IMG/VR virus record: IMGVR_UViG_3300033067_001671
Location: 1-40,140 of that record
DNA: 40,140 nt
Source: a virus
Taxonomy: Duplodnaviria > Caudoviricetes
Strand: one strand, 5' to 3'
Shown: positions 25,159-33,359 of the stretch, one piece after another
Numbering within the stretch: position 1 is the first letter of the stretch
How the letters are laid out: every line of letters begins with the position of its first letter
The notes under the pieces: model-generated
What the model saw: only the letters and a program-made list of their open reading frames with translations
What the model was told of the DNA's origin: nothing
Databases searched by the model: none
Program-made: the position numbers and the translations under genes

Positions 25159-25749
25159 ATGGGGTTGTTCAATTTCTTCGGTAAAAATGCCGAGGATCGT
25201 TCGAGTGTTGTGAGTGTAGGCGAGTCGCGAGCTGATTTAAGGTTTCGTGATTCGCCTATTCAAAATTATAAACCAGAATTCAATGCGTATATTGCGGTTA
25301 TTTCAGCGGTTGAAAATTTGCTTGGCGGCAAGATTCAAATCAAAGTGGATCACGGTTCAAAACTTCAACCGATGTTTGGTGGCTATTTATTTCAAGGTGA
25401 GAAACAGGGTTTTGAAACGAATTCGAAACACAAAATTTTTATTGAAAGTTTCATCCCTGTCCCAAACTTCGACACCATTGTCGATTGCTTAGAAAACGGA
25501 AACCCATGCGTAATCAAAATTGAAATCAACGAAGGCTTTGAGTTTCAAAACGTAAACGCTTCACTTTATCCGATTTCATACAGCTTTTGTGTGTCGGGAT
25601 ATTTGCCTGAAACTGATTCGCTTGTTTTAAAAGACATCAGAGGGATCGCACACGGTGACTCGGGTTACGTATATGTAAATCGAGATAACCTCGCAAAGGC
25701 TAACTGGATAGCTTTCGTCATTTTGGGCGTAAATCATGCAAATCGTTGA
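25159..25749 (+). CDS. Papain-like (peptidase C1A) fold protein lacking catalytic residues, 196 aa
   Basis: DLR...SPI.N, A.ISAVE, I..CL..G.P, SFCVSGY, LVLKDIRG..HGDSGYVYV follow the C1A pattern. Confidence 0.55.
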   Translation: MGLFNFFGKNAEDRSSVVSVGESRADLRFRDSPIQNYKPEFNAYIAVISAVENLLGGKIQIKVDHGSKLQPMFGGYLFQGEKQGFETNSKHKIFIESFIPVPNFDTIVDCLENGNPCVIKIEINEGFEFQNVNASLYPISYSFCVSGYLPETDSLVLKDIRGIAHGDSGYVYVNRDNLAKANWIAFVILGVNHANR

Positions 25750-25933
25750 AAAGTTTCCGTGCGCAAAAACCTGCGGAAGTCTAACAAGACACAAGACAGG
25801 TGTTTGTATGAAATGCCGAAGCGGAAATAAAACTGCTGTTTGTTTTCGATGTAAAAAAACTCCAACAGAATCGAAATATGACATTTGCGTTTTTTGCAAA
25901 AAGCTAAAGGGGTATAAAAAATATGGTGATTAA
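25736..25933 (+). CDS. Small Cys-rich Zn-finger protein, 65 aa
   Basis: Eight Cys in CxxxC/CxxC pairs; overlaps neighbours. Confidence 0.65.
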   Translation: MQIVEKFPCAKTCGSLTRHKTGVCMKCRSGNKTAVCFRCKKTPTESKYDICVFCKKLKGYKKYGD

Positions 25934-26726
25934 TAGCAAAGCGTGGTCATGCGTCGCTTGTGATTCGGGCGATTTAGCTTTTTATCCAAGTGAATTCACT
26001 GAGTTTATTACCAGTTTTGTTTTTCAAAAAACGGGCCGAAAAAAAACTCGAACAGTATTTTGCAGACAGTGCGAAAGTGTTTTTAGCGAGCGACGTTTTA
26101 ACAAGTTAGAAACAGAAAAATTATATAAAAACTATAGAGGCCGAAATTACACAAGAGAGCGTTTGAAATTCGAGCCTAATTACAAGTTCGATATTGAACG
26201 TTATGCCCATCTTGTAGAGGTAGAGAACTTAATTTCTCACTTTGTGAAAAAAATAAATTACATTGTGGATATTGGATCGGACACGCGCACAAATACGCTT
26301 TTTAAAAACAAAGCTGTTTTACTTCAGCCCTTTGGCACAAATTTAGCCCACCTATCGAGTTTTCCAACTAAAACGACGTTGTTTCAATTGTCGCATGTGC
26401 TCGAACACGTATCAGACCCGAGATCTTTGCTTTACACTTTGGCGCAGAATCTTGACTGGATTTATATCGAAGTCCCGTTTGAGAAACACATTGAAGAAAA
26501 ACGAGAGCCAAGCTTAAAAGTGCATTGGCATGAGCATATCAATTTCTTTACAGAAAAAGGCATTCGAAGCCTTCTTAGAGAATGTGATTTAGACCCAGTT
26601 TTTATTAAACCAATTGATTGTGATATCGGAACGAGTTTTACAAAAGTTTTAAGCGTGCTCGCGCGGTCACCAAGTTTAGAAGACATGGGGCCTTGTGATA
26701 TGAACCCGCTTGAAGGAGCTTACTAA
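25923..26726 (+). CDS. Class I SAM-dependent methyltransferase with N-terminal Zn ribbon (glycan-cluster type), 267 aa
   Basis: CxxC...CxxC, IVDIGSD (motif I), SHVLEHVSDP, IYIEVP, WHEHINFFT. Confidence 0.85.
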   Translation: MVINSKAWSCVACDSGDLAFYPSEFTEFITSFVFQKTGRKKTRTVFCRQCESVFSERRFNKLETEKLYKNYRGRNYTRERLKFEPNYKFDIERYAHLVEVENLISHFVKKINYIVDIGSDTRTNTLFKNKAVLLQPFGTNLAHLSSFPTKTTLFQLSHVLEHVSDPRSLLYTLAQNLDWIYIEVPFEKHIEEKREPSLKVHWHEHINFFTEKGIRSLLRECDLDPVFIKPIDCDIGTSFTKVLSVLARSPSLEDMGPCDMNPLEGAY

Positions 26727-27592
26727 TGAAAATTGCGTTAGCTATAAATCTTGAGTTACCAAGTGACTTAATAAGTTTCGATGAAAATAAGTGGCTTGGT
26801 TCGGCTTGGATTAAATACTTTAAAAGAATTGCTGAAAAATATGGCCACGATGTAAGGCTTGCTCAGGATATTGATGAAAATGAAAAAGACATATTTCTTG
26901 TTCAAGAAGACATTTCGAATAAAGGGTCTCATTTAAAACACGCAAAAAAAGCCATTACGTTTTGTCTCGAATCTGAAATGTATTCGCCAACATGGTACGA
27001 CGTCAAAGACAAGATGGGCTTTACACGTGTGCTTGAATTTGGCAGTAAGAATTTTTATTTTCCGAGTTTTCACGAAAGTGATGTTGTAGAAGTCGTTGAG
27101 CAACGAAATAAAAAGCTCTGTATGATTATATCGAACAAGCATTACAGGGGTTTTAATATCGTTCCCCCCATTTCGCAGCTTCATGATTATCGCTATCAGG
27201 TGATTGACTGGGCCAAAAAAAACTACGGGTTAGATTTATATGGTTACGGCTGGGGTGATTACGCCAAACCGGTCGAAGATAAATTAAAAACACTCGACGA
27301 ATACGAAGCAACGATCATCATTGAAAATGACGCAAAACACGGCTATTTCACCGAAAAATATGTTCACGCCATGATCAGAGGCTGTATGCCGATTTACTAC
27401 GGTGACCCTAGTACGTATCCGTTTAGATCCGCAGCCCCTGCCGACATTCGTAAGAGTCTTTCAGAGATTTCGTATCAAACGACGTTCGAGGATTTTATAG
27501 ACTTTCGCCGGATGTGGTTACGAGACGAATCGCATAAATACACTTATGAATTTTTTGCAAAAAACATGCTGAACGTTCTTGAAAGTTTATGA
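26726..27592 (+). CDS. Glycosyltransferase family 10 (fucosyltransferase-like), 288 aa
   Basis: LCMIISNK, R......, DLYG.GW, K...L..Y...IIIEN....GYFTEK...AM..GC.PIYYG. Confidence 0.85.
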   Translation: MKIALAINLELPSDLISFDENKWLGSAWIKYFKRIAEKYGHDVRLAQDIDENEKDIFLVQEDISNKGSHLKHAKKAITFCLESEMYSPTWYDVKDKMGFTRVLEFGSKNFYFPSFHESDVVEVVEQRNKKLCMIISNKHYRGFNIVPPISQLHDYRYQVIDWAKKNYGLDLYGYGWGDYAKPVEDKLKTLDEYEATIIIENDAKHGYFTEKYVHAMIRGCMPIYYGDPSTYPFRSAAPADIRKSLSEISYQTTFEDFIDFRRMWLRDESHKYTYEFFAKNMLNVLESL

Positions 27593-28020
27593 TTTTAACA
27601 AAAGAAAATTTCATAAAAGTTTTAAACAGGTTAGAAAAAACTTCGACTTGTTGGACGTGGAGGGGTTCTAAGAAATTGAAATCAGCCAATCAAACCTGTT
27701 ACGTTCATCGATTTTTTTATGAAAGATATCATGAAGTAAAATTAGATCGAAGCACCTGGGTAATTCAAAAATGTAATAACAAAAATTGTGTTAACCCAAA
27801 TCATTTAGAAGCGGGCAATGCAAAAAAGATTTGTAACAAACCATCTATAAAGAAAAATAATTTCCAGGCAAAAAAAACCCACTGCAAAGCAGGGCATGAA
27901 CTTATTAAACCGAATATTTACAACATGAAAAAAGGCAACCGGGTTTGTCGAATTTGCTGTGAAGCAAGCCGGAAAAGATCGAAATTAAACAAGGAGTTAG
28001 CAAATGAAAGAAATAATTGA
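27589..28020 (+). CDS. HNH endonuclease-like protein (degenerate) with KTHC..GH Zn domain, 143 aa
   Basis: CWTWRG, HRFFYE, C.N..CVNP.HLE, KTHCKAGH, RVCRIC. Confidence 0.8.
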   Translation: MILTKENFIKVLNRLEKTSTCWTWRGSKKLKSANQTCYVHRFFYERYHEVKLDRSTWVIQKCNNKNCVNPNHLEAGNAKKICNKPSIKKNNFQAKKTHCKAGHELIKPNIYNMKKGNRVCRICCEASRKRSKLNKELANERNN

Positions 28021-28435
28021 ATCAATAGAAGCATTTGGAGAGAATCCACAAGCTTATGTTAAAAGTGCACTGTGGCAAAACCCAGAGTATGAAGGATATT
28101 TAATTACGACAAATCTTCACCGATATGTTTTTGCGATCGCCGGAGGTCAGTGGTGCTGCGAGATTGTTGGCAAGTTTTCGACAGAAGACAATCTAGAGGA
28201 CTTCATAGGCTCGGAGTTATATTCGATTGAATTCATTGAAAACGGATGTTTCACAGAGAAAAAATTAGAAAAAATCGGGGCCAAAATTTTAGAAAACCTA
28301 GACGATATTGCTTTTGTGAATGTAATTACGTCGAAAGGGACTTTTCAACTTGCCGTTTATAACTCGAATGGCGAATTTTATGGCCACGGCGTTGTTTTTA
28401 TAAAAGACAATGAAAAAACGGAATCAACCTGCTGA
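28004..28435 (+). CDS. Conserved phage hypothetical protein (Q.CCE...T.KG....YN..YG type), 143 aa
   Basis: RBS AAGGAG; recurrent phage motif QWCCE, LEDFIG, TSKG. Confidence 0.7.
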   Translation: MKEIIESIEAFGENPQAYVKSALWQNPEYEGYLITTNLHRYVFAIAGGQWCCEIVGKFSTEDNLEDFIGSELYSIEFIENGCFTEKKLEKIGAKILENLDDIAFVNVITSKGTFQLAVYNSNGEFYGHGVVFIKDNEKTESTC

Positions 28436-28443
28436 GGAACCAA

Positions 28444-28668
28444 ATGAAAACAAGTGAGGAGTTTCAAGATCACATTCTAAGCCTCTACTCACAAGTCTAT
28501 TGTGATTATGAGAAAGAAGACATGGACACCGTGAATAGTTTTATTATTGGGTTAACTCAATCAATCCCTCCTGAAAGCTTTGAAGATCCACAAACTCTCA
28601 AGGATTTACACCGCCAAATCAGACTTATAGGAAATCGATTCGGCTTTTATGAAAGATTAGGAATGTGA
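28444..28668 (+). CDS. Hypothetical acidic protein, 74 aa
   Basis: RBS GAGGA; co-oriented. Confidence 0.65.
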   Translation: MKTSEEFQDHILSLYSQVYCDYEKEDMDTVNSFIIGLTQSIPPESFEDPQTLKDLHRQIRLIGNRFGFYERLGM

Positions 28669-28859
28669 GGAAAAAAATGAATACTGAACTACTCAAAATC
28701 ACTTTAGAAGAACTCACTAAATTAGAAACACAGCTTGCTTCTCTAAGAAAAAAGCTCGCTGTTTGCTCTCTTGACGTAGCTAGATCAGACCGATCTGAGA
28801 ATAATTCGGATAAAGCTGCGCCACTACGTCTTTGCGAGCAGCAATCAGACGAATCCTAA
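28665..28859 (+). CDS. Hypothetical coiled-coil protein (~60-64 aa), last gene of the rightward arm
   Basis: GTGA coupling or RBS GAGG before ATG 28677; tail-to-tail overlap with NlpC/P60. Confidence 0.5.
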   Translation: MRKKMNTELLKITLEELTKLETQLASLRKKLAVCSLDVARSDRSENNSDKAAPLRLCEQQSDES

Positions 28860-29220
28860 CGCCTGCGTTCTTAGTGGCTTGCTGAAGTCCATCCACCTTT
28901 GTGAAAGCACTATCCCCGCCGCCTGACTCGACGATCTGATAGGGGCTAATGGCAAATGAGACGTGTGTGATCTCGCGCACTGACTTGCCGTAGAATAGAA
29001 AGCTTCCAGGCTTAAGGGTTGCGATCTTCGTTCCTGGGGCATTTGACAGCCACTCATATTGAGCTTGAGCGGTCATGGCTCCAGGCACAAACAAACCAAC
29101 AGAACGGCCAAGTATGTGCGTAAAACCTGAGCAATCTAGTCCACCTTGTGATGGGTGTTTACCCCCCCATAAATAGGGGGTACCGACAAACTTCAGAGCT
29201 TGTTTTATTAAAATGTCCAT
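28780..29220 (-). CDS. NlpC/P60 peptidoglycan endopeptidase (probable endolysin), 146 aa
   Basis: GTPYLWGG...GLDCSGF, TAQAQY, PG..LFY, ITHV; RBS GGAG. Confidence 0.9.
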   Translation of the reverse strand: MDILIKQALKFVGTPYLWGGKHPSQGGLDCSGFTHILGRSVGLFVPGAMTAQAQYEWLSNAPGTKIATLKPGSFLFYGKSVREITHVSFAISPYQIVESGGGDSAFTKVDGLQQATKNAGVRIRLIAARKDVVAQLYPNYSQIGLI

Positions 29221-29336
29221 GACACTCCGTTCCGCACGTTTTTACCAATCACTTAAAAAACGTCTATAACTTATTGTATTTGCTAGATCTAAAAATTTAA
29301 GAATTACGCTTAGTCACATAAGCGAAGTTTGCAAAT

Positions 29337-29422
29337 TGGTCGAAAGGGAAGGATTCGAACCTTCGAAGGCGCTCGCCAGCAGATTTACAGTCTGCCCCCT
29401 TTAGCCGCTTGGATACCGTTCG
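29337..29422 (-). tRNA. tRNA-Tyr (GTA), long variable arm, encoded CCA
   Basis: CGAACGG/CCTTTCG-A-CCA, GCAGA-CTGTAAA-TCTGC, variable arm GGCGAGCGCC, GAAGG-TTCGAAT-CCTTC. Confidence 0.92.
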
Positions 29423-29485
29423 ACTTTTCAAAGTTTGCAGCAAATCGCTAATTATGCAAATTCTTCACAAACCTACCATCTTGAG

Positions 29486-29506
29486 CTATTCGGAAATTCC
29501 GAATAG
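29486..29506. repeat. Perfect 10-bp inverted repeat CTATTCGGAA-A-TTCCGAATAG
   Basis: Directly visible, intergenic between lipoprotein gene and tRNA-Tyr. Confidence 0.85.
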
Positions 29507-29514
29507 TTGAGAAC

Positions 29515-29784
29515 TTAAGGTTTAACTCCGTTTTTTAAACACTTATCAACGAATTGCGAAAGCTTGGTTGCCTCTTTTGTATTAAAGCAGGTGTACTTAT
29601 CCGCCGTCTGATCGTTTCGGTCGTATTCTTTTCCACTTTCGTCATAACAACGAAGAGAAAGCTCACCGATTTCGTTGACCCTAGTAAAGCAAACCTCTTT
29701 GATTCCAAGCGATCGATTCTGAGCGCATGAGGGTAGGGACAATACTAAAAAGCAGCCTAATAAAAATGTCCGTAGTGTATTCAT
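29515..29784 (-). CDS. Lipoprotein, o-spanin (Rz1)-like, 89 aa
   Basis: MNTLRTFLLGCFLVLSLPS|C lipobox-like; extra Cys; ATGA coupling; lysis cassette position. Confidence 0.6.
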   Translation of the reverse strand: MNTLRTFLLGCFLVLSLPSCAQNRSLGIKEVCFTRVNEIGELSLRCYDESGKEYDRNDQTADKYTCFNTKEATKLSQFVDKCLKNGVKP

Positions 29785-29993
29785 TTGCGAAACCAATCCT
29801 TTGCAATCTTTTTCTCTGCGTCTCGTCTTTCTTCAAGACTTTTTGCAGCGATCAGATCTTGGTAATTAAGGGCGTCATTGAGGATTAATTCTTCCCACTT
29901 CTCGGCGTCACGTTTTTTATAAATTCCGATTATGTTTTGAATTAATCCCCAAAGCTTGAGTATTAGTTTTACAGTCTCAAAAAATCCGACCAT
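29781..29993 (-). CDS. Small lysis-cassette protein, possible i-spanin (Rz)-like, 70 aa
   Basis: Amphipathic N-terminus plus helical tail; between holin and lipoprotein. Confidence 0.5.
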   Translation of the reverse strand: MVGFFETVKLILKLWGLIQNIIGIYKKRDAEKWEELILNDALNYQDLIAAKSLEERRDAEKKIAKDWFRK

Positions 29994-29995
29994 TT

Positions 29996-30226
29996 TTACT
30001 TCTTTTGAATAACTGAAAATTTTGTAAGTGCTTTCAAAAGCATCCCAACGATAGGCGTGCCCATGACCTTCTCATAAGCGGCGTTATCTTTCGGTGATGG
30101 CGTGAACACCACAACAATTTGCCCAAGTACTACGAGGCTTCCAACTGCTGCAAGTACTACGGTAATCGCCGGGTATTGACCCACCAAAAGCGCGATAATT
30201 GTTTCCAACATTCCTTGACCTTCCAT
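29996..30226 (-). CDS. Putative holin, 76 aa
   Basis: RBS TAGGAG; hydrophobic segments, TPSPKDN motif seen in small phage holins, basic C-terminus. Confidence 0.65.
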   Translation of the reverse strand: MEGQGMLETIIALLVGQYPAITVVLAAVGSLVVLGQIVVVFTPSPKDNAAYEKVMGTPIVGMLLKALTKFSVIQKK

Positions 30227-30252
30227 AATTCGTTTCTCCTATGCTTAGTTTA

Positions 30253-31794
30253 TCACTGTTTTCCGCTGATTCGACCAGCGGCTCTGACTGGTAATTGCGA
30301 CGAACCAACTTTCATTAAACCTTGACCAATTTTAGGCGTAGCAACTGCCGCGGCTTTTGTTGCCGTTCGAGAAGTAAGTAAAGGCATAACCATTGCCCCG
30401 GCTGCTTTCCCTAAAAAACCTTGAGGATTTTCCGCAATATCGCCGATGCCCTGAGCTAAACCCATAGACCCTCGTAACGAAATTAGGTTTAATCCTTTTT
30501 CGCTAGCTAGTTTGTTAAAAGCGGCGTCATGAATCGCTAAAGCTTTTCGATAATCGTTTTTCAATGCTAAAAGGTCGGCTTTTTTAGCTGTTCCCGCCGT
30601 TTTTTCAACCGTGTCTAGTAAAACGTCGTTAAGCTTTTCTCTTATAAAGTTTTTGGCCTGAACAGATGCTGAATCTTTTTCGCTTACTTGTTTTCCGATT
30701 CCTAAAATCTGTTTTTGAATTTGCTGCCTATATTCATCGATTTCCGTTAACGGCAACTTATCCGGTTTATTTAAAAAATTTTCCAATTCGTTTCTGGCCG
30801 CTTTTTCAATTTGGATCCCATTTGAAGTGCCTCGAACTTCCGAGGAAATCGAATTCATCACATCATTTGCAATGTCTAGCGTGTCAAATTTAGGAATCTG
30901 ACCTTCTGCGGTTGTGCTAAAAGCGCCAATTTTTTGGCCGATATCGTTTTTGATTTTTTCTGCTTGAGCAAACATTTTTTCGGCCTTGATGCCTTCTTTA
31001 AAAATGCCTTTGTCGTAAGCAAATCTCGCTACCTCATCAGGATCTAAATCGCTTTTTGCAACTTTAGCCCAGCCGGATTTACCCTCGATCCCTATTCCTT
31101 TTCTTAAAAAGAATTTTCCAAAATCGTCTAATTTTTCGCCAGCAGCCGCGACACCTTTTCCGGCCAACCCTAAAACGCCAGCGGTTCCGGCCCCAATTAA
31201 TCCGGATTTCAATCGTGAATCTTTTGTTTCTGTTGGGTTGTAAGCCGCGCCCATTGCTCCAGACTCAAGAACAGAGCTAAGGACAGGCGACGCCTTAATC
31301 AAACCGCCCGCACCGAGGACGTTAGCCGCTCCAGATGTAGCCGCTAGCTGTCCCCCAATTCCCACCGCTTGTCCTGCTCCGAATGCTACAGGATTTTCTT
31401 TTTGCAGTTGTTCCTGCCGCGCTCGAAATTGTTGAGTTAAATTCTCTTGAGGTGCTTCAATTCCTAAAGCCTTCAATTTTAAATCCGCTTCGGCCGTTGG
31501 ATTTGGAAGCATTCTTTGAGCACCGGCCTGAATTTCGGGCAGATAACCAAGAGTCGCTTCTTTACCTAAACCCTGAATGAACGCCTTTCCAATGTTTGGA
31601 TCTTTATTTTGCTTAAATCCGAGTTGCATTCGATCAAGCATTTCTTGCTGCGATTCTTGACCTACTGGGGCAGATAAATCTAATGAAGTTGAACCAGGCA
31701 TTTCAACTGCTTCGAACGGTTTTGAAGGATCAAATTTTGGTTTTCCTCCAACAACTGAAAACGGTTTTGAAGGATCGAATTTTGGTTTATTCAT
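30253..31794 (-). CDS. Internal virion / DNA ejection protein (large), 513 aa
   Basis: KPKFDPSKPF x2 at N-terminus, G/A-rich membrane-active helices, last of four ejection-type genes. Confidence 0.75.
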   Translation of the reverse strand: MNKPKFDPSKPFSVVGGKPKFDPSKPFEAVEMPGSTSLDLSAPVGQESQQEMLDRMQLGFKQNKDPNIGKAFIQGLGKEATLGYLPEIQAGAQRMLPNPTAEADLKLKALGIEAPQENLTQQFRARQEQLQKENPVAFGAGQAVGIGGQLAATSGAANVLGAGGLIKASPVLSSVLESGAMGAAYNPTETKDSRLKSGLIGAGTAGVLGLAGKGVAAAGEKLDDFGKFFLRKGIGIEGKSGWAKVAKSDLDPDEVARFAYDKGIFKEGIKAEKMFAQAEKIKNDIGQKIGAFSTTAEGQIPKFDTLDIANDVMNSISSEVRGTSNGIQIEKAARNELENFLNKPDKLPLTEIDEYRQQIQKQILGIGKQVSEKDSASVQAKNFIREKLNDVLLDTVEKTAGTAKKADLLALKNDYRKALAIHDAAFNKLASEKGLNLISLRGSMGLAQGIGDIAENPQGFLGKAAGAMVMPLLTSRTATKAAAVATPKIGQGLMKVGSSQLPVRAAGRISGKQ

Positions 31795-32653
31795 ATTCCC
31801 CCGTCTGTTCGTTGAGTATATAGGTTTGTCCGTTTTGCGTTACTGATTTAGGTTTTGACATCGGTGCCGCTTGTTTAATTTTCATGTCTCCCGATGGAGG
31901 CTTAGCGTTTTTTGTTAAAGGATTTTCTGGGCTTTGGCCTAAATATCCTTCAAACCCGCTGACATCGTATCCGCCTCGTTTATTAGCGTCCAAATGTGCA
32001 GCCAATTTATTATTCAAAAGCCTATGAACGATATCGATTTTATTAGCTGCGACCTCTGGCGTATCCGTGTCCTCTGGAAGCATCTTTTTGTACTTCTCTT
32101 CATCTTCTTTTCTTAAGACGCCTTTTTCTAGAAAAATACCTACCACTTGCCTAGTAGAATTTAGCTGTGATTGAAGAGTAGCGGCAGCGTCATTCATTCC
32201 GACCGCAGCTGTTGCGCGATTCCATAATCCTTGAGTTTTGCCAAACATATCAGGATTTGCTTTAAACGTTTCTGATACGTTTTTTAATGAATCTAAAGCG
32301 GTTTTTGCATCGGCCAGGTTTTGAATTTCCCCAGCTGGTAATGGCCGTTTTTTTGGAACTGGATTACCAAATTCGTCAATTAGGCCACGCCTTTGCATCA
32401 AACCTTTTTGTTTAAGTTCTTTTTCTTTAAAAGCCATTTGGGCTTGATCTTGTTGTTTCGCGTAATCAAATTTTTCGCGATCAAATGCGTCTTGTGCTGC
32501 CTGTCTTTCTGCTTGAGCTTGCTGTGCTAATAAACCTTGTTGCATTTGCTGATTTCGAAATTCATTCGCATCTGTAATTTGCTTTTGCTGTTGGTAAGCG
32601 TTGATAAAATTTAACAACCCCTTATTTAGACCTTCACCCCATTCGCGCGCCAT
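31787..32653 (-). CDS. Internal virion / DNA ejection protein, 288 aa
   Basis: Q-rich coiled coil, GVL...D......LP...D, podovirus position. Confidence 0.7.
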   Translation of the reverse strand: MAREWGEGLNKGLLNFINAYQQQKQITDANEFRNQQMQQGLLAQQAQAERQAAQDAFDREKFDYAKQQDQAQMAFKEKELKQKGLMQRRGLIDEFGNPVPKKRPLPAGEIQNLADAKTALDSLKNVSETFKANPDMFGKTQGLWNRATAAVGMNDAAATLQSQLNSTRQVVGIFLEKGVLRKEDEEKYKKMLPEDTDTPEVAANKIDIVHRLLNNKLAAHLDANKRGGYDVSGFEGYLGQSPENPLTKNAKPPSGDMKIKQAAPMSKPKSVTQNGQTYILNEQTGEYE

Positions 32654-32666
32654 TTTTTATCTCCCC

Positions 32667-33356
32667 TTACCCAATATTCGACATTTGATTTCGTGTTGAA
32701 CTCTGACCGCCGCTTGCGATGCTCGATGCCTGAGATCCTGACTGCCATCCGCCTGCGACTCCGTCTTTTTTAGGATCAAAGCTTGCAAGTTGTGAACCTA
32801 AAGAACCGCCTTGCATCGCACCCATCGGGCCACCTGCCATTCCCCCAGCAATCATTCCGCCAACCATGCCAGCCGTCCCTAGAATGTTAGAAATGAGACC
32901 TTGCTTGATCGCACTTCGTTCCATGTCGTAACGTGCGCGCGCTTCTGCTCTTCCTTGAGTCATCGCGTTCATTTGCTTAGCTTGCGAAAATCCAGTTTGT
33001 TGCATGTCAGATGCTTGACCAAAAGATAAGGCACGCAATTGCTTTTTAAGCTGATCCAAATCCGAAGAATACATCTGAGAGCTTCGATCTTTTAAAGCAG
33101 CTTGAATACTTTCTGGTAAATACGATGCCGAATACGATTGTGTATCGTATAAAGGCTTCGCTTGCAGCATTGCTTGTTCTGCTTGTTGGTTTGCAGTTCC
33201 AACAGGGTCAAGCGTGTTTTTGTTGGCCTGGGCGCCCATGATTTGGTTCATGCCTGCATCTGGCTCAGCGTAGCCCTGATTGACTGTCGGGCCTCCCATG
33301 AGATCCTGTAAAGGGCCTGTGATTTGTTTTTGTTTTATGAAATCAAGTAATCCCAT
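32667..33356 (-). CDS. Internal virion / ejection protein (Q/G/M-rich), 229 aa
   Basis: Gly-zipper C-terminal helix GTAGMVGGMIAGGMAGGPMGA. Confidence 0.7.
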   Translation of the reverse strand: MGLLDFIKQKQITGPLQDLMGGPTVNQGYAEPDAGMNQIMGAQANKNTLDPVGTANQQAEQAMLQAKPLYDTQSYSASYLPESIQAALKDRSSQMYSSDLDQLKKQLRALSFGQASDMQQTGFSQAKQMNAMTQGRAEARARYDMERSAIKQGLISNILGTAGMVGGMIAGGMAGGPMGAMQGGSLGSQLASFDPKKDGVAGGWQSGSQASSIASGGQSSTRNQMSNIG

Positions 33357-33359
33357 TTT

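Noticed and set aside
29337-29380. tRNA 3' end as attP
   Set aside because: The tRNA is complete rather than a 3' fragment and no integrase is encoded
31725-31790. Short direct repeat (KPKFDPSKPF x2) as CRISPR-like or regulatory repeat
   Set aside because: Two in-frame coding copies with synonymous differences; a peptide repeat common at ejection-protein N-termini. No CRISPR array was seen anywhere in the window
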